From: Blasia pusilla
Taxonomy: Eukaryota
Direction: 5' to 3'
Length of the DNA: 64,000 bases
NCBI GenBank assembly: GCA_050084515.1
Contig: CM114271.1
Location: forward strand, 11,594,001 to 11,658,000
Part shown: piece by piece, positions 25,698 through 38,430 of the stretch
Layout: each line of letters begins with the position of its first letter
How positions within the stretch are numbered: position 1 is the first letter of the stretch
Notes under the pieces: model-generated
Database searches by the model: none
What the model saw: only the letters and a program-made list of their open reading frames with translations
What the model was told of the DNA's origin: nothing
Program-made: the position numbers and the translations under genes

Positions 25698-27000
25698 TTG
25701 ATTTGGGATATGGACGGTGGATATGGGGCCATGAAGGGCCCACGACGATACTCGGGTGCAGTGGGTACCATTGAGTTGGAGGACTTCATGCAGGAGTTTG
25801 ATACGTGGTGTGATATGCAGATGTTGCGGAACGCCACGTTGTTTACACCCTTCTTGGCTTGGAAGGGGTTGTTTCAGCACTTGGAAGGACCACCCATGGA
25901 TGATTACCATGAGTTTAGGAAGGACCATGTTCCTGAGATTGAGGCATGGACACAATATTGGTCTCCAGGCTATGTGTCTATCATCCATGGTGGTATTGGT
26001 AGTAGTGCTCCTACTATGCCAGCCAGCCCGACGTTGAGTGGTACGAGTACGAGCCGGAGTGGGGGTACCAGTGGAGGTACTAGTGGGGATACTAGTGGAG
26101 GTATTAATGCCCCACCATCGTTCACCCCGGTTGCAGAGTTCTTCAAGAGGTTGAAGAAGAACTATCAAGGAGTGAAGACGGAGAAGTTGAGGAATCTTCA
26201 GGACTTTGAGCGAAAGGCGGTGAGAGTCTTAAGTGAGGCATACACAGCGTATGCCACGCTTGATTTTAGTTACCAGGTGTGGCGAGGATCGAGCGATCCG
26301 ATTTTGGTATGGGATCTTGGGCAGAGATTTGCCGTAAGGGTGCGTGATGCTACTCTTATGAGTGATGATTCACCCACATTGACCCATGTGTTTGCTTTAT
26401 CTCGAGAAGATTGAGCTTAACATGGTGAAGGAGAGAGTGGTGACATCCGCATTCAAGAGGGGATACAACTACTACTTCTCGGGTTCAGCCGCCCACCTCT
26501 GATCTCGTAGTAGTGGTGGTGGTAGTAGTAGTGGGAGTCGTGGGGTACACGCGACCTCAGTCAAGTCCTAGAGGACATTTGTGCAGAGACCATTGCCTTC
26601 ATTTGCTGCCCGAGCAAGGACAATCATGTTGGACATGTGGAGGTGATCATGTTAGGAAGTTTTGTCCCCAAGAGGATGGGAGGCGGACTTTGGAGGATGG
26701 GCCTCGATCGGCCCCAACTCGGTGTGATCATTGCGGGGAGACTAGGTCATCCTCGAGGCGTTGCTTTGATCTTCATCCGAGTTGAGATCAGGCCGTGGCC
26801 GTGGTGGAGTAGCTCGAGAGGCCGAGGTGGTAGAGGTGGTAGGGGTGGTAGAGGTGGACCGGTGGTTGGAGAGCCTACGGTGGCTACCCCTACCACTCTG
26901 ACAGTCGACTATGGCTTCGAGGATTGAGCGGTTGGAGGCGGTTGGCTACTATGGTTGGTATCCATAATAGATCGGTTCGGGGGCGGGGCTTCCACCTCTT
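25698..27000 (+). pseudogene. gag: gag with two CCHC Zn knuckles (frameshifted)
   Basis: YSGAVGTIELEDFMQEFDTWCD; CWTCGGDHVRKFC; CDHCG(RLGHP)..C. Confidence 0.8.
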
Positions 27001-27599
27001 ATGGAGGGATGATCTCTCTTATATGGCGAAAAGGCCGGGTTGAGGCATCAGTGCGATTCTGAAAGGAGCCACTCGGCGTCGAGCCACGTGGTGCTCTTTG
27101 TGGAGTTGGACCCCTGAGAGGGGGTGGGGGGGCGGCTAGGCTTCCCAGTCATTCTTGTTGCCTCGAGGTGCTTAGGACTCCATCCATGGTTCCTCGCGAC
27201 CTATTGAGCCGGCAGTGGGGCCGAGGCATCTACATCGGCGTGTAGTAGACACGGATCAGCATCGATCGATTGCGGATGGCAAGCCGGTGTTAGGATCCCC
27301 ATTGTTTTCGACCACGAGGCGATGGCTTTAGGAGTTGACTTAGCTCTGTATTTCAGCTAAGCGACCACATTGTGTGACGTGGGGTATTCTTGCTACTGCG
27401 TGTTGAGGTGGATGAGGATGTTGCGATGGAGCGACCCTCTATGTCGGGAGTAGCATTGAGTACGGTGCTACTTGGCGGCGGGCGGCGAAGATGGATGCAT
27501 TACCGGCCCGGCCAGCCATTGATCGTGAGAGGCTTACACTGGTGTATGTATGTTGGACAACCGGAGTGGGATCTTCCGATTGGTGAGTCCTCAGGCAGT

Positions 27600-27970
27600 G
27601 TATAGACCAGATAGAGTCTTGTTAGGCTCGGTGCCCAACCTTTGATGTTGGGAAAGGCGGCATGTATTGGTTTGGGTATTCGGAGGTGAGCTTGAGCCTT
27701 GCCCATTCAGATTCAAACATCACTTGGGCAGCCAATGATAGGTCTCAATTCATGACACGGGAGAAGTTTTCTGTATAGTTGAGACCAGATCATGCGATTG
27801 ATAGCTCCCGGTTGGGAGTATCTGCGGTAGTCACATCGGCCGAGTCGTATGATGTACTAGTTGGAGGAGCGATGTGTACCCGATGGGTTTCAGATGGATT
27901 TGGTGAGGCAGCGTCTTATAGACCAGGTTGGCGATCCGAGGATGGGCGTATGAGCCAAGTTCTGTGAGAT
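27600..27970 (+). pseudogene. Aspartic protease (damaged)
   Basis: RVLL-SGAQPLMLG (DSG active-site position with a deletion); YDVLVG downstream. Confidence 0.65.
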
Positions 27971-28299
27971 TTATTTACGGGGCTCGACCATGAGGGTCTT
28001 CCCCATGTGTTAGCATCTGTGGTGGTTTTAGTGGAGTAGTCACTTGGCCAGAGACTTTTTGGAGGTAATGTTTTCGCTATGGATTCTCCTGCATGAGGAG
28101 GTAGAGGAGGTCCCTATTTTTGCAGTGGCATCCTCATCGTTGGATGTGCCACTTTGGAGTTCGAGGCGGTGCACTACGGCAGAGGCGTCGCCTAGTGCAG
28201 GAGGCTTGGTGTGAGGCTGTTATACCTCACGAGGAAGAGGAGGCCCCACGGCGGACTCCTACTTCTGGTCCAGTTGGGTTATCCCCTTTGGATACTACA

Positions 28300-29275
28300 C
28301 CCATTGTATGGCAGTATCCGCCGGAGGGTATTTGTGTGTTAGATCTCTTTGGTGGGATTAGCACTGGTTTGGCTGTAGTGTTGCAGGCCGGTATTCCTGT
28401 GCGGAGATACGTGTATGTGGAGCGAGATGAGACGGCCCAGAGAGTCTCATCTCGACATATTGGTCAGTTGATGCGGAGATACCCTGAGTTGTTGCCGCCA
28501 TCAGCTATTCGTGGGTACCAGCGTGCTTTACCATCACACATTGCATTGTTGGGGGTGCAGGACCTTGAGAGAATTGGTCCTGTGGATTTGGTGATTGCTG
28601 GATGGCCATGTCAGGGTCATACACATGCTAGTCGTGGTGAGGGATTACATGACCCTAGGTCTCGATTGTTTTGGGAGATGTTACGGATGTTCGACATCTT
28701 GAGTTCATCAGCACATGCTCTAGCTTACATTCGGAGAATGTTCCATTGTTAGGTGACACTCGGACCCGGATTATGGCGAGTGTTCATCAGTGCGGTCTTG
28801 GATTGGACCAGCGGTGTTGTTGGATGCTGGCCATGAGTTGGCTCGCGTGCACATCGTCGAGCTTGTGGTGGACAAACTTGTTGCCTAGGAGGTTCTCGTC
28901 GAGCATATGATGCGGTCTGGCGGGATCCTCGCCTTATAAAGTGGATAGTATCTTGAATCTTGGCGACTTTCTCAAGTGGTGAGGGTTATTGATCGGTCAC
29001 CCATGGCGGTGGTGAACGGTGTGGGCGACCTAGGATGGCACTACCCACATTTGTGAGTTTTTCAGCGTCACATGCCTCTGAGGAAGGTGGTCGGGGCTTG
29101 TATGGGATTCTCATGTGCGGCGGTTGGTGTTAACGCCGATGAGAGAGAGAGCGCGATGGGATTTGCTCTTTTGGTGTGACATGGTTGCTTCTATTTACGA
29201 GGCTTCACAACGTCATGTGTTGGGTCACGCCATGGACCTGAATTGTTTGACTTGGATTTTGAGTCTTGGTATGGC
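28300..29275 (+). pseudogene. C5 cytosine DNA methyltransferase domain (Dnmt3-like) within pol
   Basis: Motif I VLDLFGG, II YVERD, IV DLVIAGWPCQG, VI ENV, VIII (R)xRLWWTN, IX ERERAMG-like, X LGHAMD; several frameshifts. Confidence 0.9.
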
Positions 29276-29739
29276 GAGCGGCGTCGACCGGACTATGTCG
29301 TGGGTCTTCCACCCCTTGTAATGAGCTCGATGGCTCCGGGATGGTAGAGGCATCGGTGGGCGAGGAGAGTAGTATTTTGCATCCTTGGAGTAAATGGGAT
29401 GTAATGGCTGGGCATGTGGAGTTGGTTGCTCATGGTGGTGGAGGAGTTATTTGCTCAGATGATGGTGTAGCTAAGGGTGTACCATCTTGTGAGGGGGTTG
29501 CATAGCAGCCAATGGCATCGTCCTCTCCCTCTAGTGTGCCAGTGGAGGAGACTTGGGAGCCATTACTTGGGCCCAAGCTTACGGGAGGTGAGAAACGACG
29601 CTTGACACAGTTCCTACGTGCTTATAGGAGTTGTTTTGCCTTTAGCATGAAGGAGTTGGGTTCCCTGGTTGGACCGGTATACGGATTGATTTGGCTAGTG
29701 ATACGCCAATCTTCCGTCGTCCCTACCGATATAGTGATA

Positions 29740-30975
29740 TGGAGAGGGAGTTGATTGAGTAGGGCGTTGGACCTTTTGGAGGTGGATTAGTGGAGTTGTC
29801 GCATGGAGAGTATGCATCGCCCTTGTCATGCTGCTAAAAAAGGATATGCATGGCAACTACGGATAGGCGGATGTGTGGAGATTCTTGTCTATCAATCGGC
29901 AAACCAAGGCCGATAGGTATGCCATGCCTACACCGAGGAGATCTTTGATGTGGTGGGACAGGCAAAGATTTTCAGTACTTTGGATCTTCGGGCACGATAC
30001 CATCAATTTGATTCGGGAGAGTGACAAGGCCAAAGACAACATTTTGGGGAGTCAACTCTCATGGCAAGGATTGTTTGTACATGTGGAAATTCTTACCCTT
30101 TGGGTTGAAGAATGCACTGCCGAGTTTCAAAGAGTGATGGTCTGGATCCTAGCAGGGTTGGATTTTGTTCGGTGTTACATTGATGATATCTTGGTGTTCA
30201 GTAACACGGTGGAGGAGCATCAGATACATTTGCAGATGGTGTTTGAGCGGTTGAAAGCTCATGGTCTACGTTTGCATCTAGGAAAGTGTAAGTTCTTCCA
30301 TGAGGATGTTGAGTACTTGGGTCATGTGATCTATCCAGGTGGTTTGGGAGTTCAGCAAGCAAAGGTGGAGGCTATTGCACTTATTCCGCATCCGGTAGAT
30401 GTGAGTAGAGTTCGAGCATTCATGGGATTGGCGAACTACTATCGGAGGTATGTGAAGGGATTTAGTGCTATGGCAAAGCCTTTGAACCAATTGCTGAAAT
30501 CAGATCAAGAGTGGCATTGGGGAGATGATCAGGAGAGAGCTTTTGTGGAGCTTAAGGCCCAGTTGGTGGCGGCGCCTATCTTGAGGAGACCTATCAGAGG
30601 GCGCCCATTCAAGTTACACACCGATTGGAGTAGGTTGGGACTTGGAGCGGTGTTGACACAACACGATGATGAGCACATCGAGTTTGTGGTGGCCTATGCA
30701 AGTCGTTCGAATAATGCAAAAATGAGTCGTGCTATAGTTCATATGAGGGAGAGTGCTTGGCGAGTAGTGTGGTGTGGCACACTTTAGGTGTTACTTGTTT
30801 GGCACCCAGTTTTACCCTTTTCTTGATCACCAACCGCTCAAGTGGTTGATGGAGTCGGACAAGCTTACGAGGGGAAGCTTGCACGGTGGGCTCTTATCTT
30901 ACGGGAGTATGACTTCCGGGTGGTACATAGACCGGAGTTGCCAACCTTGATCTTTGATGGGTTGAGTAGGAACCC
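29740..30975 (+). pseudogene. pol: Reverse transcriptase + RNase H
   Basis: YIDDILVFS, LHLGKCKFF..VEYLGH, VRAFMGLANYYRRYV, LHTDWSRLGLGAVL, VAYASRS, DHQPL, ARWALIL.EYDF. Confidence 0.93.
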
Positions 30976-31289
30976 ATGTACTAGCCAAGAGGATACAACA
31001 GGGGCTAGATTGCATGGCGAGGTTGATGAGGAGATGGTGCCAGGTTGGCATGCATCCGCCTTTTTATGTTGGTTAGGGGTGGACTCTAGTATGGAGGACC
31101 ACATGATATCTTACTCTAGTCAGAGGGTAGATGGCCAGCCTTCAGATCCTAAGGTTGGAGATGGTGGTACGGATCAGCGTGATATTCATGATGATGCGTT
31201 GGTGTTGGAGTTCCTACGGACCGGTAGGGTGCCAGGCATAGTGAGTGCCAAGGAGCGAGACCGTGTTCTTCAACGTGCTAAGAGGTATT

Positions 31290-32450
31290 GATTGGAGGGA
31301 ACACATATTCTCCGCGTATGGGAGGATGGTAGAGTACGAGTAGTGCTACATTTGGCTCAGAGAGAGCGCATTGTGCGACATGCCCATGAGGAGTTGGGAC
31401 ATTTTGGGGTAAAGCGTACGTATAGCTTACTCCTTGGCCAGTATTGGTGGCGTGGCATGCATACTCAGTGCAGTGATTGGTGTCACGTTGTATGGTTTGT
31501 GACCGGGTGAGGCATCATTTAATGCCCTACACCACAATTACACCCCTTGCCTATTATGGGGTTGGGTTACCGTTGGAGTGTGGACTTTGCGGGACCGTTA
31601 CCGTTGGTATGCGACATCATCGATATGTGTTGGTGATGGTGGAGCACTTCTCAAGTGGATTGAGTTGGTGGCATTACCGGACAAAGCGAGTGAGGAACGG
31701 CGTATGCGTTTGGATAGAGTGCTTAGTCATTTTGGTGCACCGGTTGAAGTCTTGACCGACCAGGGTAGAGAGTTTGAGGTGAGTTTGGTCTTGTGTGACA
31801 AGGCGTTGATTGATCATCGGACCACGTCTCGAGATCATCCAGGCGGATGGTTTGGCTGACCGTGTGGTTCAGGGCGGTGAAGAGGGCATTGTGCAAGTAT
31901 GGCCTCTGAAGGGCATCTTGGAGACCAGGATATTCGATTGCCATGGTTAGCCATGGGGTATAGGTTCGATCGCCAAGCATCCTTGGCTTCCTTCTCACCT
32001 TATTTTTTCATTATACGGCCGAGATCGGACTTGCCGCGAAGCAATTAGTGTCGGAGTCTAGTGAGGTGGTGAACCTTGATGACCCGGAGAAATGTGGATG
32101 AGGTGTGTTCTCGAGCGGAGCTCTTTCGGAGAGTTATGCCAATAGCCTTTGAGAATCTTGCCATTGCTCAACACAGGGATACGTTGCGGTATGCAACCAT
32201 TCAAGGTGGAGGTTATCGACCATCGATTTGTAGGTTCCATGTGGGGGACTATGTCTATTTGCAGCAGATTGCCCGACAACGTTGGATGTGTGGCGGGGCG
32301 CACTATTTTCGAGTCGCGAGGTGTTAGCTTCTAGAGTTCTCATGTTGGAAGGTCGTGATGGAGTTGTTTGGAAGGACCATGTGCGTAATTGTGCGCCATG
32401 TCATCTTCCAAATGTGGATGGTACTGTTGACCCAAGCTTAGCCATGATAC
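31290..32450 (+). pseudogene. DDE integrase (HHCC finger + core), frameshifted
   Basis: HEELGHFG..CMVC, WSVDFAGP, VLTDQGREF, AIAQHRDTLRYA, HVRNCAPCHLP. Confidence 0.88.
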
Positions 32451-32460
32451 GTGCTTGAGA

Positions 32461-32601
32461 TGCATGTTGTGTGGGTCTGCTGGTAACGCAGCCCGTATGT
32501 TGGTGTGTGATCGGTGTTCTAGGGGTTGGCACATGATGTGTTTGACTCCACGTTTGGATGTTGTTCCTACTGGAAGTTGGGTTTGTCCTCGATGTACTTA
32601 G
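32461..32601 (+). CDS. C-terminal PHD finger of the pol polyprotein
   Basis: CMLC..MLVCDRCSRGWHMMCL..WVCPRCT* = C4HC3. Confidence 0.92.
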   Translation, partial: CMLCGSAGNAARMLVCDRCSRGWHMMCLTPRLDVVPTGSWVCPRCT

Positions 32602-32757
32602 GAGAGGTAGATGACTTGATCTTTGCATGATATGGATTACAGATGTGCGACTAACGATGGGACAACCTAGCACCCGGCCTTCTGATTCGGGCACCCAAGA
32701 AGGTGTATAGCATGTAGTAGATGTATAGGGCTACAGGAGTTAGAGGACCTAACCGCT

Positions 32758-32772
32758 AGTTAGGGGGCGAGT
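32758..32772 (+). other. Polypurine tract
   Basis: AGTTAGGGGGCGAG immediately before repeat A1. Confidence 0.65.
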
Positions 32773-33353
32773 TGTGGTACATTTTTGTTTGTGGATACTC
32801 GTCTATGTTATGTATGTATGTGAGTATGGTATGTCGGCGATGTATGTTGTATGACGATGTGGATTACAGACGATATTGTCATGACCATACGGATTATGTC
32901 GTAGAGAGAGTATGGTGTGCTAGTAGAGGCCATTCCTTATGTAGGACCATAGTGGATTGGTAGAGATGCGGTTCCATACATAGGGTTGGGGTTAGTCGGT
33001 TGGGGTGACTTTCCCAAAGAGGGGCCCGCTCTTAGGTTGGAGGATATAAGGTGGAGTGCACTCAAAGAACAGTCACTTCTTTGAGTTGAGCCTGTTGCGT
33101 TGGGAGTTAGCCTTGGTAGTGAGTAGAGCTCTTGGCTATGGTGTTCCCGCAAGCTTCGACCTAGATTCTCCCATCGTGGAGTGGGTTTGGCTCGATTGTA
33201 TGTAATTGTAAACGTGTTTTATGACAGTAGGTCTTTCACGAATTTCAATTGTGGTACATTTGTGTTTGTGGATACTCTCGTCTATGTTATGTATGTATGT
33301 GAGTTTGGTATGTCAGCGATGTATGTTGTATGACGATGTGGATTCGCACGACA
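32773..33353 (+). repeat. 3' A1-B2-A2 repeat block (A1 32773-32875, B2 32877-33247, A2 33250-33353)
   Basis: TGTGGTACATTT..GATGTGGATT occurs twice, flanking a copy of B1. Confidence 0.92.
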
Positions 33354-33357
33354 ACAA

Positions 33358-34119
33358 CGATTTACATATGGAGAAGGAAAATAATCTGACCAAGAACAAA
33401 GATTCCGGTAGAGATGGAGAGAGAGAGGGGGCTGACGACCGAGGAGTTCGAGAGTGCAGTGTCTCAGACTTAGACAAAGATAAGGCCTCCAGAGATTGGG
33501 ATGACGACAAGGGTCAAGATCGCCGGAAAGGACAGGATCGGTACTCTGAGGGGGTTGATCGAGAGCAGAAATTGAAAGACAGTAAAGATACTGTCCGGCC
33601 TAAAGATAGGAATGAACAGAAGGAACAAGATGGTCCTAGGGACAAAGCTAAATGTAGAGACAGAGATCTGTAGATTGAGAAAGATGAGTTGGGAACCGCT
33701 AGTGAGCTCTCTAAAGTCAAGTATCGGCAGGAGAAGATCAGCAGCGGGAACAAAGTGAAAGATGGGGGAAATAGTGTTCCAAGGGACAGAGTTCAAGGGA
33801 AAGACAGACGATCCGAGGAAAGACAACGTGACAATGAAAAGATTCCGCATAGTCCCGTTGTGGCAAATGATCACGGAGTGAAAAGGAGCCAATTGAGCAC
33901 GAAGGAGTGTGATGGTGATGGAAACTCAAAGTTAGAGACAAGGGATGGAGAAAGTAGAAGCGATTGGAAGGTCAGCAAGGGAGATATGGAGAGTGCAGGG
34001 CAGAGGGCACGTTTATCTGGTTTTTCTAGTGATTCAGAAAAGAAGTTGCCAAGTTCATCTAATGGTAAAGTTACAAAAGAGTCAAAGTGGGGTCCTCAGG
34101 CATCAGATTCTGCCATTGT

Positions 34120-34120
<1 letters not shown>
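33358..34120 (+). pseudogene. Continuation of the R/D/E/K-rich host-like exon, truncated at ~34120
   Basis: In frame with the 5' part; contains one stop (33671) and ends …ESKWGPQASDSAIVES where a repeat unit begins. Confidence 0.55.
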
Positions 34121-34592
<472 letters not shown>

Positions 34593-35170
34593 AACACTTC
34601 CAATGAAGCAACGGTGGTTATGCCAAGCTAGTTGAACACAAGGAATAGATTAGCACATTGTATTCTGCATTGGCAATACCAAAAACTGATCAAACAACGA
34701 TTGATAAACGCAACAGAAGAATATTTGCAGAGTACGACACAAAGCGGGACTCATCTTTTTATTCAGTATCAACAAGTGACAAAGTGGATAGGCGTGCTGA
34801 GAATGAACAGCTAGTAGAGGCGACCATAAGAAGTATAAGGACAAAGCTCACCCGAGTTTGACGACTTCGACTAGCAAAATGGAGATGCACAAAGGTGATT
34901 GCACATTCACAAGAGTAAGCAACCAAAAGTTGATTGGGAGCGCTAAGAAGGCAAACTCTTGGCAGAAGCTGATTGATCGCCCGCACAACATCTTACAACC
35001 AAGCAGCAAAAGAACATACTATGAATTGAGAGTAAGAGAGCTTGACGACAAGAACTAATTGAGCGGGAAAAAGGAAGGCGGTGTGGACTGAGATGGAAAG
35101 GAAATAACGCAAGATCGTAGAGTTGTTGTAACAACTTCTTCATTGCTAACTAGAAGCGCACCTGATCTGA

Positions 35171-35542
<372 letters not shown>

Positions 35543-38155
35543 TAAGTGCATATCCAGCCGTCGTGAGAACAGATAATGTCAAATAACTTTGATATCCGTA
35601 AGCCTTCCAAAGGTCGGGCGGACGGTAGTATTTGTAAGTAGCGTTCTTGAGTTGTGCACCTCGGAGTAGAGTAAGAGAGGGAGAGAGAAGGAAGGAAGGA
35701 GGTAAGTAAGGGCTTTGCAGTGCATGGCCCGTAGTCCAAACCAAATAACAATCCAACTCACGCAATATGGTTTCTCTGTCCCTGACAGGGAGGAGTTGGA
35801 AAGACGCATGAGGTGTCCTTCCATCTCCCAGCTTGGGAGAGAAAGTGATCAAATGTGTAGAAAAGAAAAATGCGTAAAAGAGAGAAAGGGCACCTTCAAG
35901 ACTCAGGACCCGAGGGATCGTTTCCAATCTTTGTGGGCTCGACCGGTGGTTGGATGCTACACCTCTCCTTCCCCAAATACGCACTTCGTGCTTATGGCAG
36001 GCATTGGCAGCTAAAGGCCCTTCGTCCCACCCATTCAAAAGCTTTGATGCGACCTTTCTAGCCGGAGTCACAGATGCGGTAGATATTTCTTCCTTGTGCT
36101 CTTCCTAGCCCGAGTCAGAGATGCTTTGTTTGCCCTTTCTTCGTGCTGATCCCTACTTGTCCACGGATGAATCCACACTCTTCAGAAAATAGATACAGAT
36201 TGAGGATCGATGCTATCATCACGAGTTCTTAAACTTCCAACTTAGAGCTTTCTCAAACTTTCAACCTAAAGCATATGCGCGGCCGCGGGACGCGAGCTCC
36301 AAGAGTGTGGGAAAGTACTAGGAGTGCGGGAAAGTACTTAGCGTCTCAAAACTCAAAAAGAGGGTCTAAACAAACTGATGTGGCTTTATTTTATTAGGAT
36401 CTTATTTGCCAACTTGGCAATAATTTTAATGTACCAACTATTTTTAAAATTAGATGGAAGTTTTTTTAATCCTACCAGTTCTAATCTCGTCTTATTTTTA
36501 CATGTCATGTTATGAATTAAATTTTAATTTTAATTAATTCATAAGAAATGCCATGTCTAAGTCCTTTTTGCAGTTATCTAGTCTTTCCTAATGACATGCC
36601 ATTAATTTATAGTAATTATATTTTACAAAATAATTAATTAATAAATTTCCATGTCATATCCTCTAGTCATTTTTTGTAACTAATTAATACTATAGTATGC
36701 CACCTAGACCTCTCTAGTTACATGTAGTTGTATTGGACTTCAATTGTAAGCAACTACTAAGCCATATCCACGTCCTTTATGCACTAATCTAGTCATTTAT
36801 AATAACATGTCATTACTTTGTAATACTTATTTTTAAAAATATTTTAAAAATCTAGAAAGAAAATTCCATGTCATATTCTCTAGTCATTCTTAGTAACTAA
36901 TTAATACTATATTTTGCCATCTATGACTCTTTAGTTATATGTAGTTGTATTTTAGTTGTATTGGACTTTAGTTGTAAGTGACTTAGTGCTAAATTCGCTA
37001 TATTCCTTCTAGTGTGATGAGCAGGGGTTTTTATTGGCAAACTTTCGCAAGTGCTTACCACTTGGACAAGAGCCATTTGTCTTTCCTAGTCAAGTAGAGC
37101 AAGTCTTCTTTGAAAATATAGAAGAAAAACTAGGATGGAAAATAGTGCTCCAAAAGCAAGTTCGAGGTAGAAGAGTGGTTTGTGGTGGTGTTGACCAGGA
37201 TTCTTATGATCACCTTTACTTATTTGGATTCAGACCTCACTCAAGTATAGATATAGAAAATGTGGAAGTATTTTTAGAGGGGGCTACTACTCTTACAATT
37301 GCAGAACGTGTTGTGGCTTCAAAAACATCTCAATCTGCTTCTATAGAAGACACAACCATGAATTCACATTCTGATATAATATATGAAGACTCATCTCATG
37401 ACTGAGCCACTAATTATTCATATTTCCAAAGCCAAGGCTATTAAGTGACTTGGATCATCCTAGTACTTGAGGAGATATTCTTACAATTTTTTTTTGGTAT
37501 TTTCATAGAAAGAGAATGGCATACTACTGCATTCTGAATATTGTATGATATGAATAAATGTGGTGATACTAAGTGGGTTCAAAGTGTAAGATATTCCTTG
37601 CACTTATACTACTATGCATTGTCTTAGACTCTTATGCCTTTTGACAGTTTTCCCATGATTATAATTGGCTACTTGTTACGGTTTTAATTTATAGTCATCC
37701 ATGATACTGTAAAACCATTCGAGGAAAACCTTTCGCTACACTTTAGTGGATGCTACCAAGGGAATTGTATGTCTACCAATTTGGAATATATGTGGTACTA
37801 TCAGCGAAGATGGTCCTACATGTGAGGACCTTGAGTATTTTCGTGCCAAGGAGGAGCGTGCAAACTTGCCAAAGAGTTCCGGTCAGTGGTATAGTTTATA
37901 GATTGATGAACTTATGCAGTATAACCAATTCAGCTTCTTCATTTACTAATTTTGAATGATATGCATCAACATCGTTAGTAACCCTTTTATGTTCTCAGCT
38001 GGTTTGTTGTATGATTTATTGCAATGGGGAATATATTATGCACGGTCTAATCCCGGTTTTCCTTCTACATCTACAAAGAAGAAAAATCGGGATTGGACCA
38101 TTCATAATATATTCCCCATTGCAATAAATCATACAACAAACTAGCTGAGAAACCG

Positions 38156-38430
38156 TTTAAGAAAAGAAATTGAGGTCATTGTGCATACATTTCTCTCTTC
38201 AGTTGGAAGTACCAAATCATTCCACTATAGAAAGAAACCATCTATTGTAAATCAGGAAACTTTGAGAACCTACTAAAGTGCCACAATATGCCATGGAATT
38301 CCATGGGCATATCGTGGTTTTCAAAGTTTCTTGATTTACAATAGATGGTTGCTTTCTATAGTGGAATAATTGGGTACTTTCAATTGAAGAGAGAAATGTA
38401 TGCACAATGACCTCAATTTCTTTTCTTAAA
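38156..38430. repeat. ~275-bp foldback (inverted repeat)
   Basis: Arms of ~115 bp (TTTAAGAAAAGAAATTGAGGTCATTGTGCATACATTTCTCTC / GAGAGAAATGTATGCACAATGACCTCAATTTCTTTTCTTAAA) around central ATATGCCATGGAATTCCATGGGCATAT. Confidence 0.9.

Larger units (their letters stand above)
23675..33353 (+). mobile_element. Ty3/gypsy retrotransposon with C5-DNA methyltransferase, PHD finger and split direct repeats (B-internal-A-B-A)
   Basis: Termini TGTCATG…CACGACA; 4-bp TSD ACAA (23671-23674 / 33354-33357); gag-PR-DNMT-RT-RH-IN-PHD order. Confidence 0.9.

Noticed and set aside
25106-25837. 243-aa antisense ORF upstream of gag as an extra gene
   Set aside because: Low-complexity Ser/Pro/Asn-rich translation of a GT-rich leader with no recognisable domain
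23675-33226. Conventional LTR pair TGTCATGA…TTATGACA (23675-24020 / 32877-33226)
   Set aside because: Similarity extends ~20 bp further, no TSD at 33227, and the PPT precedes A1 rather than B2; the TSD is found only after A2
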